In this document: piece after piece, positions 11,881-24,431 of the stretch
How positions within the stretch are numbered: the stretch's first letter is position 1
Layout: each line of letters begins with the position of its first letter
DNA from: Lama guanicoe
Lineage: Eukaryota
Reading direction: 5' to 3'
NCBI GenBank assembly: GCA_013239625.1
Contig: MU053606.1
Span: forward strand, 186,001 to 250,000
Length of the DNA stretch: 64,000 nucleotides
Translations under genes and position numbers: made by a program
The notes under the pieces: model-generated
The model's database searches: none
Told to the model about the DNA's origin: nothing
The model's input: only the letters and a program-made list of their open reading frames with translations

Positions 11881-14800
11881 GGAACTTTACCCAAGGATAG
11901 ATTACTGAGCTTCAGAAACAAACCTAGAGTATCCTTTTCATAATTCAATTAAACTGTACAGCAATGTGACATAACAGCAAGGAATGATCTGGGAAGTGTC
12001 TTAGTAAATATAGACTTCAATTAAGAAAACTAGAATTTAATATCCACATAAATATAATCTTTTTTCTCTCTAAGGTTACCCTCATTTTTCTCAAATATAG
12101 CCAAATCAAGATTAATTTGTTTGCAAGTTAAGTCTGATTATTTGATCATATAGGCATTTTTAAATTGGCTGTGTTGGAACTTTTAATAAGGAGTCTCAGA
12201 GTAGAATGTTAATAAGGTTTGCTAATGCCAGGAAAGCCACGTAAAGGCTTGTCATGGGTTTCTGTCTTACAGATTTAGGTAAATTCTTTTCTCTTGAAAA
12301 TCCTTAAAATACCTTGATAGTCCTATATCTGTTAGGAGATGATCTTCCTCATTTGTGTGATAGAGCCACTGGGGACCTAAGAGTTTTTAGTCTATTGAGG
12401 GATCAGATAGAGAGAAAAGATAACAGTTCCAAGTCTGATTACATAGGTATAATTTATCAAATTTCTGTGAATCATAACTAGCATAAGGAGAAGAGATTCT
12501 TTATGTCTGGGAAACAGGCTTAAAGCCAGTAGTATTTCAAACAAAATCAAAAATTATTACCATATTCACCAGTTTACTCAGTCCCATGTAACTAATTCTT
12601 TTAATCAGAGTTTTCATTAGAACTTTAAAATTTCTTACCCAGTTTAGTTCACTGTTATAGTTTGAAATTTATTAGAAATCAGTAAATCTCCTTGAAGGGA
12701 AAGCATTTTGCAAAACCATAAGAAGACAACCATTAACTGTCTATAAATGACAAAAGATTTAAAAGCATGGTTAAACACCGTTACACTATAATCAATAAAG
12801 AAACCTGGTCACTATACCCAGAATTATCACTGGTAACATTTCAGATATACCAGAATTTTAGGGAGTCCATATAATTTCTAGAATATCTGTATTAATAATA
12901 TTTTCTCATACAATATAACCTTAGAAGGTTTATTATTCATTTGACAATGCCATGTTATTTAACGTGCCAAATGAAACTTACTAATTTAAAATCTCTTTTT
13001 GGGAGGTTTCAGGGGCCCTCTGTAGCATCCCAAACTTAACTGGAGATTAAAAGAACTTTCATTAGAAATTGATATTTGGGGAGCTTGTTAAAAGATTTCA
13101 GAACACTTGGTCAGATAAACATATAGATCACTGTAAAATAGTACTTATTCATTAACAAGAAAATACATCAAAGGTAAAGGCAGAACAGATCAGTTAAGTG
13201 GTATAAGAAGTTTTACAATCTGTTACTGAAGGTGGATTAACATTTTAAGAAAATATTTTCCTCTTAACAGAGAGAAAACCAAATCTAGTCTTGTACCAGC
13301 TTACTTCTAAGATTCATTTACTTTGCCCAGGTTTATTCTAAACTTAGCCAATTCCAACCATGTACAAAACTCTTTCCTCATGTTTCCTCTTCCACAAGCC
13401 TTCCACAGCTTTCTATACTCATATTAGTGTGTCCCTTAATTTCTCTTCCATTCAGAAACAACCAGCTTCAGGACAAAGTCACTATTTTTCATTAACAAAA
13501 TATAATTCCATTCTTATATCTTCCTTTTCACATTTATCTTACTTACCTAGGATACTGAGATCATTCCCTTAACAATAGAGACTATTTCAGGGTGGCACCA
13601 ACCATTTATTAATATTTCTAAAGACCTTTAGTTTCTCTGTAAGAGGAAGTTAAATGTTAAGTAATTCATATTTCAATCTTATTTTATCTGAAAATGGCAT
13701 AGCTATTTAATAGAATCCTATCATTTAACTTAATTTAGCACAACTCCAGAATTTAAAGATACCAAACATTTAGAGATTATCTTAAGCATACATTTTAAAA
13801 ATATATTTTAAAGAAATTACCCAAAGCTCTCATCTCATTTGCATTTTGTTTACTTAAAATTTTACCACACCACATTACTGTTATTTTTTTCTTGACAAAT
13901 CTGCAACAGATATAACAGGATCTTATTTGACTTTCATTAAACCTAGGTACAGTAAAGGTATGATACTTAATATTGATGACTTTAAAGATGCCTGTAGTAA
14001 TTAGAACATACTTAAACTAAACAACATCAAATATTATCTCAATATTGAATATTTTCCAGTTCACGTGATGCTGAAAGTCAATTTGTTCAGTTTTTATTTT
14101 AAAAACACTTAATTTTTAACCTTTTATTTTTTACGTCAATTAAGCAGAGTTCTTTGACTTTGATTTTTTTTTAGCTGTAGAAATATCTCACATCTATAAT
14201 GTGTATGCAGTCTTATAAACAGACAAAAGCTAGAGATCTCATAGCTTCACTTTAAAACTTACTTTTAAGATAGCTATAATAATAGTTGGAGTAAGCTGAA
14301 TTTGCTTGCTCAAATCACTAAGGCTTACTATTTATGGAACAGACATTTAAGATTTCTTGACAAAGTCTGAAGGACCCGTCAGAGTTCTGAGTACTAAAAT
14401 GCCAAAAATTTCTTGGCCTTAAGTTTTATTTCATTGAGTTAATTAGGCTCAGTACTAGGTCACTGTTTGCTGTATTTACATTTCTTATCTGCAAGGCAAA
14501 GACACACTCTTCCAGTTCCCCAGAGAACTGCTCTGTCACCCAGATCCATTTATCTCCTTAATTGGCATTTTTTTATCAGTGAGAAGAGCTGTAAACAAAG
14601 AATTCCATGTGTAAAACTTTAAGGTTTACTTTATCATGTCTTCCAAAGCTTGCATAAGGCATTTAGTAAGGTCTCTTTTCCTTGAGTTATAAGTTAAACC
14701 CAGGGTAAACCTCTTATTATATTTTTTTATTAGCCACTGAATATTAGTTTTTAGTTTTATGTTATATAGGACGGTTCATGTAACTCTATTGGTTTCCTTT

Positions 14801-16949
14801 ACTTTGTTCAATTAATATTTTCTGAGGGACAGATATGTGCAGCCTTATAACACCAAGAAGGGGAAGCATTTTTCCATTGAAACATATCTAACCCACAACA
14901 TAATTAAGCAAAAGTTTTATATAAAGACCATTTAAATATACCAATTTTATAAACTTTTATCTCAATTTTATTAAATCTTATACCTTTAATTTTTATATTT
15001 ATTAGGTTTAATCAATAATTCTTATTTCTAGAAGGAGTGCCAGAAGCCTTTTTTTGGGTGTGTGTGCATTCTATCTAATTTTATAGAAAAGTCTCTAGGA
15101 TGCCCAAGTTTCAACCAAAGAGCTTAGGCCCTTCTCAATTTTTAATTTGATTAATTGGTGTTTTGTCCCAATCATTGATCAAGTATTTCAGTCTATATAT
15201 ACATATATATTAAACTGTGATAAATAAAACGGACTTGTTTGAACTTTAATGTTGGGGGGCAGTAGGTGATCTCTTTGGCCCTTTTTTTTTTAACTTTATG
15301 TAGGGTAGTATCAAAACCTTGTATCTAAATCCAAAAATGTCCATTTTATTTATCTCATTCAAAATAACCATACAAAAATATTTATCCATTTGGGATAAGC
15401 CCCATATCTTTTTTTTCTGACATTTTTACAATCCTTTTTCCAGTTATTCAACCTAATTAACATTAATTATTCTAAGTTTTTATTAGCATCTCTTGAACCA
15501 TTTCTCAGAAAGGAAAAACACAAATGTAGCTTTTCAAACGGGTTTTATTATTTGAACTAAGTTCTTAGGTTAATCATTAGATATATTTTTCTACCTTTAA
15601 ACTTGATTTTAATAGGTACCAATGAAACAGCTGTTTATAATGAGATCTCTTTCAACTTTCACCAATTTAAAAGTTTTTCCAAATTAAAGGATCCATCATA
15701 TGGCCATCAATTTATATATATATATATAGTGATTTTAAACCAATAAGATGAAGAGGCTCTTCCACATGAGAGTGGGGGTGTTGCCTAAATAAAATTCAAA
15801 GGTTTACTCTCCAAAAGCTAAAGGCCTTTGTGGTCCAGGCTGATGCAACAAAGTTTAAGATGGCAAAAGATCTGAAAATTGGTACAATCAAAGAATTGCT
15901 TAGAATCCCAATTTATTTGCATGGCCACCATATGTACACAATACATGTACCTTTTGTATGGCAGAGTCCAAGGTTTACTTTAAAAAAAAAGAGTAAACAT
16001 ATATATACATACATACATACACTTAAAACACCCAGAGAAAGGTAAAACCTTTACATTTCAAGGACACAGGAAGACAAATTCAAGTTCCCCCTAAAGGGGA
16101 TTTCATTTTTATAAGTTCAGAATTCCAAAAAATGTTTTTATCAGGCCTGGTTAATTACTTTCAGAGTGAGGTTTTTTTTTTCCTAATTCCCAATTAATGT
16201 TGTAAGTTTTGTACGTAAATAAACCTGGCTGGGGTAATAGTTGGAGGCTGGCAATCTGCCATTTCTTTTTCTTTTCTTTTCTGTTTTTTATTTTTTTTTG
16301 AAAGTTCTATTCACCGTGTAAGCTCGGGTTCTCAGAATAAATTTGCTAGTAAGATTTCACACAGGGAAAACTCTACAGCATGAAGTCTTTGCCTCTACCA
16401 CTCCTGCAAGATTCTCTGTCACCCAAGAAAGCTGATACCAGCCAGGAGGTGGGTCCCATTTTTGGAGTTGAAAGGTTCCTGACAAGAGTTTTACTTTTAT
16501 CCTGAAAAATTCAATGGAGGTAACCAAATTGAGGAAAACATTAGAGCAGCCTCTTACCTAACCTCTCAGTCCTGAACCAAGTGTCTTTCTACTTGGACCC
16601 ACTCGGGACGTCTCCACTGGGTGAGTATTTTCCTGATGTGTTTCCACCAGCCCCACCTCAGACATCTCCTCAAGGTGGGTATTTCCCATTATCTTTCAAC
16701 CAAGCCCCACCCAGTCTGTCTCCACTGGGTAGGTAATTCACCCCTTTCTTTCAACTGGAGGGCCACGTACCTGGATACACCGCCAAATAAAACTCAGGAT
16801 CGTCAACCAATATGGGAGATCCGAGAATCAGGAGAGACTCACCCAAATTCATCTGGACTCCCTGAGGAGGCAAATGGGCACAAAGGGCCACTGCTGGTAC
16901 CAAGGCTCTGGTTACTCGGAGAGTTCAGGTGGAGAGAAGTCTGCTGTGG

Positions 16950-16967
16950 GTCCCTTCATGGGGTCCA
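16950..16967 (-). promoter_or_regulatory. Primer-binding site, tRNA-Arg(TCG)-like
   Basis: TGGACCCCATGAAGGGAC just inside the 5' LTR; 14/18 match to TGGCGACCACGAAGGGAC, the recalled complement of the tRNA-Arg 3' end. Confidence 0.7.
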
Positions 16968-16971
16968 AAAC

Positions 16972-17440
16972 TGTTGACTGAAATACATGTGCAGCCTAAA
17001 AGAGTTATGTTTTATTTGGCGGGAGGACTCAAGCCGGGATGACAGCCTCTCAGATCTCTCTGAGGGACTTCTCCCAAGAGGTTGAGGAGGAGCTAGGATA
17101 TATAGGAGCTTTACAACAAAGACCAGGTTGTTGGAACAATAAAAGATTGCTTGTTATCTAAAGAAAGCCAGGTATCTCAAGTTCAAGAATTTAGTGCTTT
17201 TCTAAGTATGGGAGGAAGCAAACATTTGGACTCACTGAATTCATTCTTTAGACAAGCACCTAGCTATCTAGGGTCAGTATCCTATCCTTTCTAATTCTGA
17301 GTCTGCTCAGAGGGCAACATTGTGAATTGCTGCAGAGGCTGGGCTTCAGGTCTGTACTTGCTGGGTGGTGGTGGCAGCCGCTGATGACTTGGTTTCAGCA
17401 ATCTTTGTTTACTGACATGGTTGCAGTATTTTCATTCACA
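16972..17440 (-). mobile_element. 5' LTR of the provirus
   Basis: TG...CA termini; minus-strand TATA-like (~17100) and AATAAA (~17012) motifs. Confidence 0.92.
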
Positions 17441-17799
17441 TTGAAGTATATTCGTTCACAGACTGATTATGGATAATCTGCAAACTTGGAAAGCAACCAA
17501 GATGGAATTACTACAGGTACCTTCTAATTTAATAAGTCGTGGGCAAACATAAACATGGAGGAAGCATACATTTGGGTTTGGTGGTGTAGGGAAGGGTTTC
17601 TGCATATTACAGGAGAATGCAAGGCAGAATTCCTTAAGTCCACCTTTCATTACTGTAGTGGTTTCTGAGAACAGTTTATGGTAATTAACCAACATTGACA
17701 AACGGTGGAACACATTGCATTTAAGAGCTGGCCAGCTGCAAACTTGTGTATTGGACAGGTGGAATTCATAGGCAAGTTGTCAGGTGGATGGGAGAGAGA

Positions 17800-18000
17800 T
17801 GGAGCCAAGGTCTGGGCCCAGATTCAGGTTTAAATCACCATTTCCTCACCATAGGGCCTTGGACTAGAATGTAACCTCTCTTAACCTGTTGGTGAATCTG
17901 TGAAATGGGCATGATAATATTTGATTCTTCCTGGGACTGTTGTAAGTTCTAAAGAGTATTATAGCACACATGAAGCACTTAACACACTGGCACTTAGCAG
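17800..18000 (+). mobile_element. MIR SINE
   Basis: tctgtgaaatggg...gataata and aagcacttaacacactggcacttag MIR core/tail. Confidence 0.65.
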
Positions 18001-19811
18001 TGTTCACTGTGTGCGCCGCCACACTTGGCATGTGTCAGAGCCGTAAAAGCAGCATTTGTCTGTTGAGGATGCACTGGTAGCCCCTTGGCTAGGTTGTGAA
18101 TTTGGTGATTTCCTTTAATCTTGGTAAATCTGTGTGCCATGGGCAGTTATTTTCATGGACAGATGACGAATCTCAGAGTAAAGAAGACTGTGTAATTTGC
18201 CCAAAGTCAGACCATAATTTTGTGTGCAGGGGCCTTGGCTCAGCATGGGCCCCTGGGCCTTCTGCCCACTCCATTCAGCACCAGAGCCAGATGTGGGGTC
18301 GGTTGTTTCCCAGCCGAGAATATCCGGCAGGCCACAAGACACACCTGGCCCTGTGCTGCTTGAGCAAAAACTCCGGAGAAGAGGCAATTACAGAAGAAAT
18401 AAACATAAAAACAGACGACAGAAAAGTGTGATCAGCTCTGAGAAGGAAAGGAACACGCCTCACCGTGCAGAGCTGGGAGCATCCCATCGGGGCTGCTCTG
18501 GGGGCGTTCATCTCAGCTAAACAAGCTCTGCTGCTGCACCAAGGCAGGAAAGCAGGGTGCGTGTTGCCAGGTAGACAGGGCCTCGTTGATCATACTCAAT
18601 CCCCATTAAGCAGCAGCTGTCACGGGCAATTACCTAGTAAACAGTTGTCAGCCATAATCATCATGCACTTTTCTTGGTAGTTTTATTGGCCCCACCTTTG
18701 AGATGAGGTCATTGAAGCTGGGGCGTTTGCTGCATGCCCGTGATAATCTTGGAAATACCCCCACTGGTCTTTCAACCTAGACTGCTGTGGCTGTCATGTC
18801 CCAGCCCTGTGAATGGCATCGTGTTGTTCTCCCAAGTGGACCAAATGACTGACAGTGATTTTCTTAATTCGTAGGAAATGATATGTTACAATAAGAGAAA
18901 AAGGTAGTAAGAAATTGTTTGGAAAACTAGAAAAAAATCCAATTCTTCCCCAGCTGGGGGAGAGTACCCTGTGTCACTCACCCCACTCACTGCCTGTCAC
19001 CTCCTCCCTGCCGACTTCATGTTCAGAAGCCACTCTGAGCCTTCGAAGAACATTTTGCCTCATGACCCTGTTGACTAGGACCTGTGACCTGTCTGTCCCT
19101 GGTTAACTCTCTCTTCAAAGCCATTTAAATTTTATGCAGGCTCCTCTGCTCAGATGTAAGAATAACCTCTTTAAACTTCTTGATGCAGCTCCTTAATGAA
19201 GATCTTGGGAAGGAAACCTAGCCAAAACCTGGGAGGTATGCACACAGTGACTGTAACCTCAGCATTTTGTGAAGTTCAGAATCAGAGGGGTGGGAGACCC
19301 AGGAAAGGCTTTTTTAAGGTAGAAAGAGGAAAGTGAATGGACGCAGGCTGTGTAAGACTGAAACATCTCAGTCCCAGCCAGCAAGGCACCTGCGTTCATG
19401 ATGGTGTGTGGAGAGTGCAGAGTTCTCACAAAGAAAAAAGTGGTGGGATGGGAGGTAGGACAGTTAGGTTCCTTACTGGAGAAGGAAAAAGTGGGCTGAT
19501 CATTTCCTGGTTGAACAAGAGGATTGTGACATGATGTGTTTGTATTTTGGAGAGAAGGGTTTTGTGGGGACAGGCCTAGGGGGAACTCTCTCTGGCTGGG
19601 GAGTCAGCACAACAGAGAACAACAGACAGCCAGGTGGACCCCAGGGCCCCTGCTGGGGGAGGGGATGCCCATCATTTTGAGCACTGGGGGCTGCTACTGT
19701 CCCTTAGCTGGGGCCTCAGAGCTCCCTTCACAACCCAGTCCTGTTGATACAAGAAAAAATACATGGGGTATGAGAAGGGCTGTGTCCCAGGCTTTGGTTG
19801 AGCCCCTGGGA

Positions 19812-20370
19812 TGTGCCCCATCAGATTTTGTTCCTTGACTTGGTGCACTAAAGAATTCAAGAGCAAGCCAGTGTTGAGTAAAGGTAGATTTATTCAGAGA
19901 GATACATTGAAAAGCAAGAGAAATGTCATGAGGCTTGGGGGTTTGATGCTCAGATTAAAAGTAGGTACACACTCCACTGACAGAGTGTGGGCCTTCTCCG
20001 AAGAGGGAGAGAGAGTGGTGACCGAGAGGTGGTTCTGTGTTGCTCTGTTTTCTTGGGCTTGGTGGTTTCATATGCTAATAAGTAGAAGGACCAGCCTAAG
20101 GGGAAGGGGCTGGGATTCCCAGGGAGTTGGTCATTTCCCACACTTTTATCTTTTGTGGCTAGCCTTGGGACTGCCATGGTGCCTGGGGGCATGTTATTCA
20201 CCATGTTACTATTTCAATGGGTGTATAATGAAGCTCAAGTTCTGTTAGAAGTTAAATCTCTTCATCCTGACCCTCAAGGCTTTTTGGGGGTTGAATCCTT
20301 CACCATTTTGATGTTAATTGCTGTGGCCTTCCTTGAATGGCTGTGCTCTGCCCCCTTCCATCCTGTCTCA
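19812..20370 (-). mobile_element. Solo ERV1-type LTR
   Basis: TG...CA-bounded block with minus-strand AATAAA (~19890) and LTR-like ends; TSD not resolved. Confidence 0.65.
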
Positions 20371-20555
20371 CTGAAATGACACAGAGAGAGCAAAGGCCAG
20401 CCCCGCCTGTGCTCCTGCATTTAACAGCAGGAGGTGTGGTCTGGGCTGAGGATGTCTCTGAGTGGTGAGAAGAATGTTTCAGATTTTCCCACGTGAGACC
20501 TGGGGACCTGCCAGCAGCCACCACAGATTTATCTCACGGGCATTATCGCTTGTAT

Positions 20556-20965
20556 TGTTACGGAAACAACAGGCCAGCCAAGAAACAAGCACATCTCAGA
20601 AGGTTGGAGTACTCAGATTTATTACTCCAGCGGGCTCAGGGGGGCTTCTGCTCCAAAGCTCTGAGCATCTCCAAGACGTGCACATGAGGTTTTATAGGGT
20701 TAATTACAAGTATGGGGCTATTAGCCAATAAGGCTCAAACAACAAAAAGCAAGGAATCAGTACACTGGAGCTTATCAATTTGGGACAGATCATGTTACTG
20801 ACACTTGTTGAGCTTGGATTTACGAGTTAGCTTGTTAGCCCAGTAAACTGACACTAAACTTCAGATTTAAGAGTTAGCCCAGCAGAACGTAGATCAGTAA
20901 ACTGACACTTATCACACTTAGATTTGTGACTTACCTTGGTAGCCCAGCTGGGCTTTTCCTTCACA
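20556..20965 (-). mobile_element. Solo LTR with internal U3 repeats
   Basis: TGTTA...TCACA ends, near-TSD GTAT/GTGT, minus-strand AATAAA (~20618) and TATAAA (~20692), repeated cagtaaactgacact and gagttagc. Confidence 0.8.
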
Positions 20966-20984
20966 GTGTCACTCATCATTTTCT

Positions 20985-21177
20985 ATTTTTCTTTTTTTTT
21001 TTAAGTATTTAATCCAAATTTAATATCAGGATTTTTTTGGAAAGAAATTTCTCTTTTTCTTTTCTTTGGGGCTCTTTTGAGTGGGTCGGTAATTAGGTGT
21101 ATTTATCTGTTATTGGAGGTCCTGGGGCTTGAACCCAGGACCCCGTGCACGCTAAGCACATGCTCTACCACCCACCC
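20985..21177 (-). mobile_element. tRNA-Ala(AGC)-derived SINE (camelid vic-1-like)
   Basis: The - strand has GTGGTAGAGCATGTGCTTAGCGTGCACGGGGTCCTGGGTTCAAGCCCC (part of A box, AGC anticodon region, B box), an A-rich tail and a catcat flank on both sides. Confidence 0.8.
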
Positions 21178-21539
21178 CATCATCTTTTTTTTTTTTTTTT
21201 GCTTTAGCTGCCAAGAATCTTTCAGCTGAATTTCTAGTCGGCCTTTAACACTTACCCTGACTTCATGGCATCCATTTTTATGACTTTATCTCCCCCTGGT
21301 TTCATTTAAGTTTTGAATCTCCATTTTCTCTTCATTCTCACTTTTGTCTTTTTGTTGTTATGTTTGTTAAGCTGTGTTTAAAAAATTGTTTAATTTCTCT
21401 TTTAGCAGGAAGCTGAAATTAAATATATGTGTAAACAACTTTATCACACTTAAATGCTTTTATACATTCTAAGTTGTTTAATAGTTACTTAAAAACTAAA
21501 TTGAATATTAAAGTGATAACATTTTTAAATTATTCTTTA

Positions 21540-21695
21540 AATTTTTATAAAGGTATAGCTGATTTACAATATGATATAAATTTCAGGTGTACAATAGATG
21601 CTCCATTTATAGATATTGTAAAACATTGGCTGTATTTCCTGCGTTGTAAGATACATCCCTGTAGCGTGTTTATGTTACATGTAGCAGTTTGTATA
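21540..21695 (-). mobile_element. L1 3'UTR fragment
   Basis: ggtatagctgatttacaata...tttcaggtgtaca is a typical artiodactyl L1 3' end in antisense. Confidence 0.65.
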
Positions 21696-22157
21696 AGAAA
21701 GTTGGGTAACTCAGAGTCTGGGGCATGGCTGTGTCTGACCCAGGTTCTCAGTCACCCAGCCTGTCAGAGCCCAGGCCCTCACTCCTGACTGCAGGGGAGT
21801 GAGTGGAGGCAGCTCTCATCAGTGCTGGCACCGCCCTCTGAGTGGCAGTGACAGTAGTGACTGTGGACATGCAAAGTGTTATTCCAGGAGCTTTACATGC
21901 ATTTCTTCATTTATTATTTAAAGCCCACCTGAGAGGAATTATTTTATGTTTTTACTGAATAATACACTTTATTTTTATTTTGGTAGACTTCAAACTTCCA
22001 GAAAATTTACAGGAGTAGTACAATGAACACTTAGATACATTTCACCTAAAAGGGCAGTATTTGTCCTTTTGTGTCTGGCTTATTTTAGCTTACTGTTTCA
22101 AGGTTCATCCATGTTGTAGCCTGAAACAGTAATTTATCCTTTTGCTTTAATAATATC

Positions 22158-23640
22158 TTTTTCCTTTTTTTTTTTGTTTTTGGTCTATTTTAAAATATTT
22201 TCATTGAAGTCTAGTCAGTTTATAATGCTGTGTCAGTTTCTTGTTTACAGCAGAACACTTCAGTTATATAGGAACATACCTGTATTCATTTTCATACTCT
22301 TTTTCAACATGTTACTATAAGATATTAAATATATTTCCCTGTACTATACAGTATAAACTTGCTGTTTATTCTATACATAGTCAGTATCTGCAAATCTTGA
22401 ACTCCCAATTTATCCATTCCCACACCCTCTCCCCTCTTGTAACCATAGTTTGCTTTCTATGTCTCTGGGCCTTTTTCTGTTCTGTAGATGTTTGTCTTTT
22501 TTTGTTTTGTTTTGTTTTGATTTGTTTTATTTTGTTTTGTTTTAGATTCCACATATGAGTGATCAAATATGGTATTTTTCTTTCTCTTTCTGGTTTACTT
22601 CTCTTAGAATGACATTCTCCAGATCCATTCATGTTGCTGCAAATGGCATTATTTTATTAATTTTTATGGCTCAGTAGTAGTCTATGGTATAAATATACTA
22701 CAACCTCTTTATCCAGTCATCTGTCAGTGGACATTTAGGTTGTTTCCATGTCTTGCTATTGTAAATAGTGCTGCTGTGAACATTGAGGTGCAGGTGTCTT
22801 TTTGAATTAGGGTTCCCGCTGGATATATGCCCAGGAGTGGGATTGCTGGGTCATATGGGAAGTCAAATTTTTGTCTTTTGGGGAATCTCCATACTGTTTT
22901 CCACAATGGCTGCACAAAACTGCATTCCCAGCACAGTGTAGGAGGGTTCCATTTTCTCCACAGCCTCTTCAGCATTTATTGTTTGTGAACTTCTGAATGA
23001 TGGGTATTCTGAATGGTGTGAATTGATACTTGATTTTAGTTTTGATTTGCATTTCTCTGATAATGATATTGAGCATTCTTTCATGTGCCTATTGGCCATT
23101 TGTAGGTTTTCATTAGAGAAATGTTTCTTTAGGTCTTCTGCCCATTTTTGGGTTGAATTGTTTGTTTTTCTTTCTTATCAAGTGTAAAAGCTATTTATAT
23201 ATTCTGGGAATTAAGCCCTTGTCGGTCTCATTTATTGCAAATATTTTCTCCTATTCCATAAGTTGTCTTTTTGTTTTCCTTATTGTTTCCTTTGCTGTGC
23301 AAAAGTTTGTAAGTTTCATTAGATCCCACTTGTATATTTTTGCTTGTATTTCTATTGCTTGAGTAGACTGCTTAGGAGAACATTGCTGAGATGTATGTCA
23401 GATGTTTTGCCTTTGTTTTCTTCTAAGAGGTTTATAGTGTCTTGTCTACATGTTTAAGTTTTTAAGCCATTTTGAATTTACTTTTGTGTATGCTGTGAGG
23501 GAGTAGTCTAACTTCATTGATTTACATGCCACTGTGCAGTTTTCCCTACACCATTTGCTGAAGAGGCTGTCTTTACTCCATTGTATGTTCTCACCTCCTT
23601 TGTCAAAGATTCAATGACCAAAAGTTTGTGGGACTATTCT
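22158..23640 (-). mobile_element. Younger 5'-truncated L1 (ORF2 C-terminus + 3'UTR + polyA)
   Basis: [13 protein letters not shown] and LWKTVWRF...[13 protein letters not shown]...MFTAALFTIA ORF2 motifs; poly-T at ~22158-22181; (TTTTG)n at ~22500-22543. Confidence 0.9.
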
Positions 23641-23769
23641 TGATAATTTTGTTTATCCATTCATTGATGGATGGATATTGTTTGTAACCTTTGGCTACTC
23701 TAAGTGATACTGCTATGAATATTGATGTGCAAATTTTTGTAAGAATATGTTTTCATTCTGTTGGCTATA

Positions 23770-23910
23770 CAGTTGGCCCGCCATATCTGTAGTTTCCACT
23801 TCATGGATCCAGATGGCTGATTGTAAAGGGACTCGAAGATCCTTAGATTATGGAATCCAGTGTGGGGATTTCTGAAACCAACCCCCTGAGGATACTGAGG
23901 GATGACACTA
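23770..23910 (-). mobile_element. Short MER2-like TcMar-Tigger MITE
   Basis: TA flanks, imperfect TIRs cagttggcccgccatatc / gatactgagggatgac; matches both recalled MER2 ends with the middle missing. Confidence 0.7.
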
Positions 23911-24327
23911 TATGTACGAGAAGAATTGCTGAGCCATATGATATCTCTAACCTTTTGAGGAAACATGAGGCATTTCCAAAGAAGCTGCACAATTGCCACT
24001 TTTCAATGGCTGCATATTGAGGGTTCCAATTTCTCTGCCTTCTGACAGACACTTGTTATTGTCCATGTTTTGATTATAACCATCCTAGTGGGTGTAAAGT
24101 GAGATCTCATTTTGATTTTGATTTGGCTAGTGATGCTGAGCATCTTTTCATATGCTTATTGGCCAATTGTGTATCTATTTAAATCCTTGGCAAATTTAAA
24201 AATTGGGTCGATTTTCTTTGTATTGGTCAGTTGTAAGCATTTGTTTTATATCCTGGATACTAGTCTTTTATTAGGTATATCTTTTGCAAAATTTTTCTCC
24301 TATTCTGCAGATTGTCATTTCACTTTA

Positions 24328-24431
24328 CTTTTTTTAAACATTAAAACAATTTCTTTAAAGAGGAGATAATTAGATTTATTAATTTTTTTTGCTAAGCCCA
24401 CACTCTATCACTTGAGCTACCAACTTCCCCT
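24328..24431 (-). mobile_element. Internally deleted vic-1-like SINE
   Basis: The - strand has GGGAAGTTGTAGCTCAAGTGATAGAGTGTGGGCTTAGC, no B box, and an A-rich tail. TSD tcatttcacttt on both sides. Confidence 0.75.

Larger units (their letters stand above)
10332..17440 (-). mobile_element. Degenerate class I (gammaretrovirus-like) endogenous provirus with two LTRs, non-coding
   Basis: Direct repeats 10332-10812 and 16972-17440, about 10% diverged by eye. Probable TTGA TSD (10328-10331 and 17441-17444), PPT-like tract at 10813-10826, PBS at 16950-16967, integrase and env-like remnants. Confidence 0.92.

Noticed and set aside
21110..21177. tRNA-Ala gene
   Set aside because: 5' acceptor stem missing, followed by a SINE body and A-rich tail.
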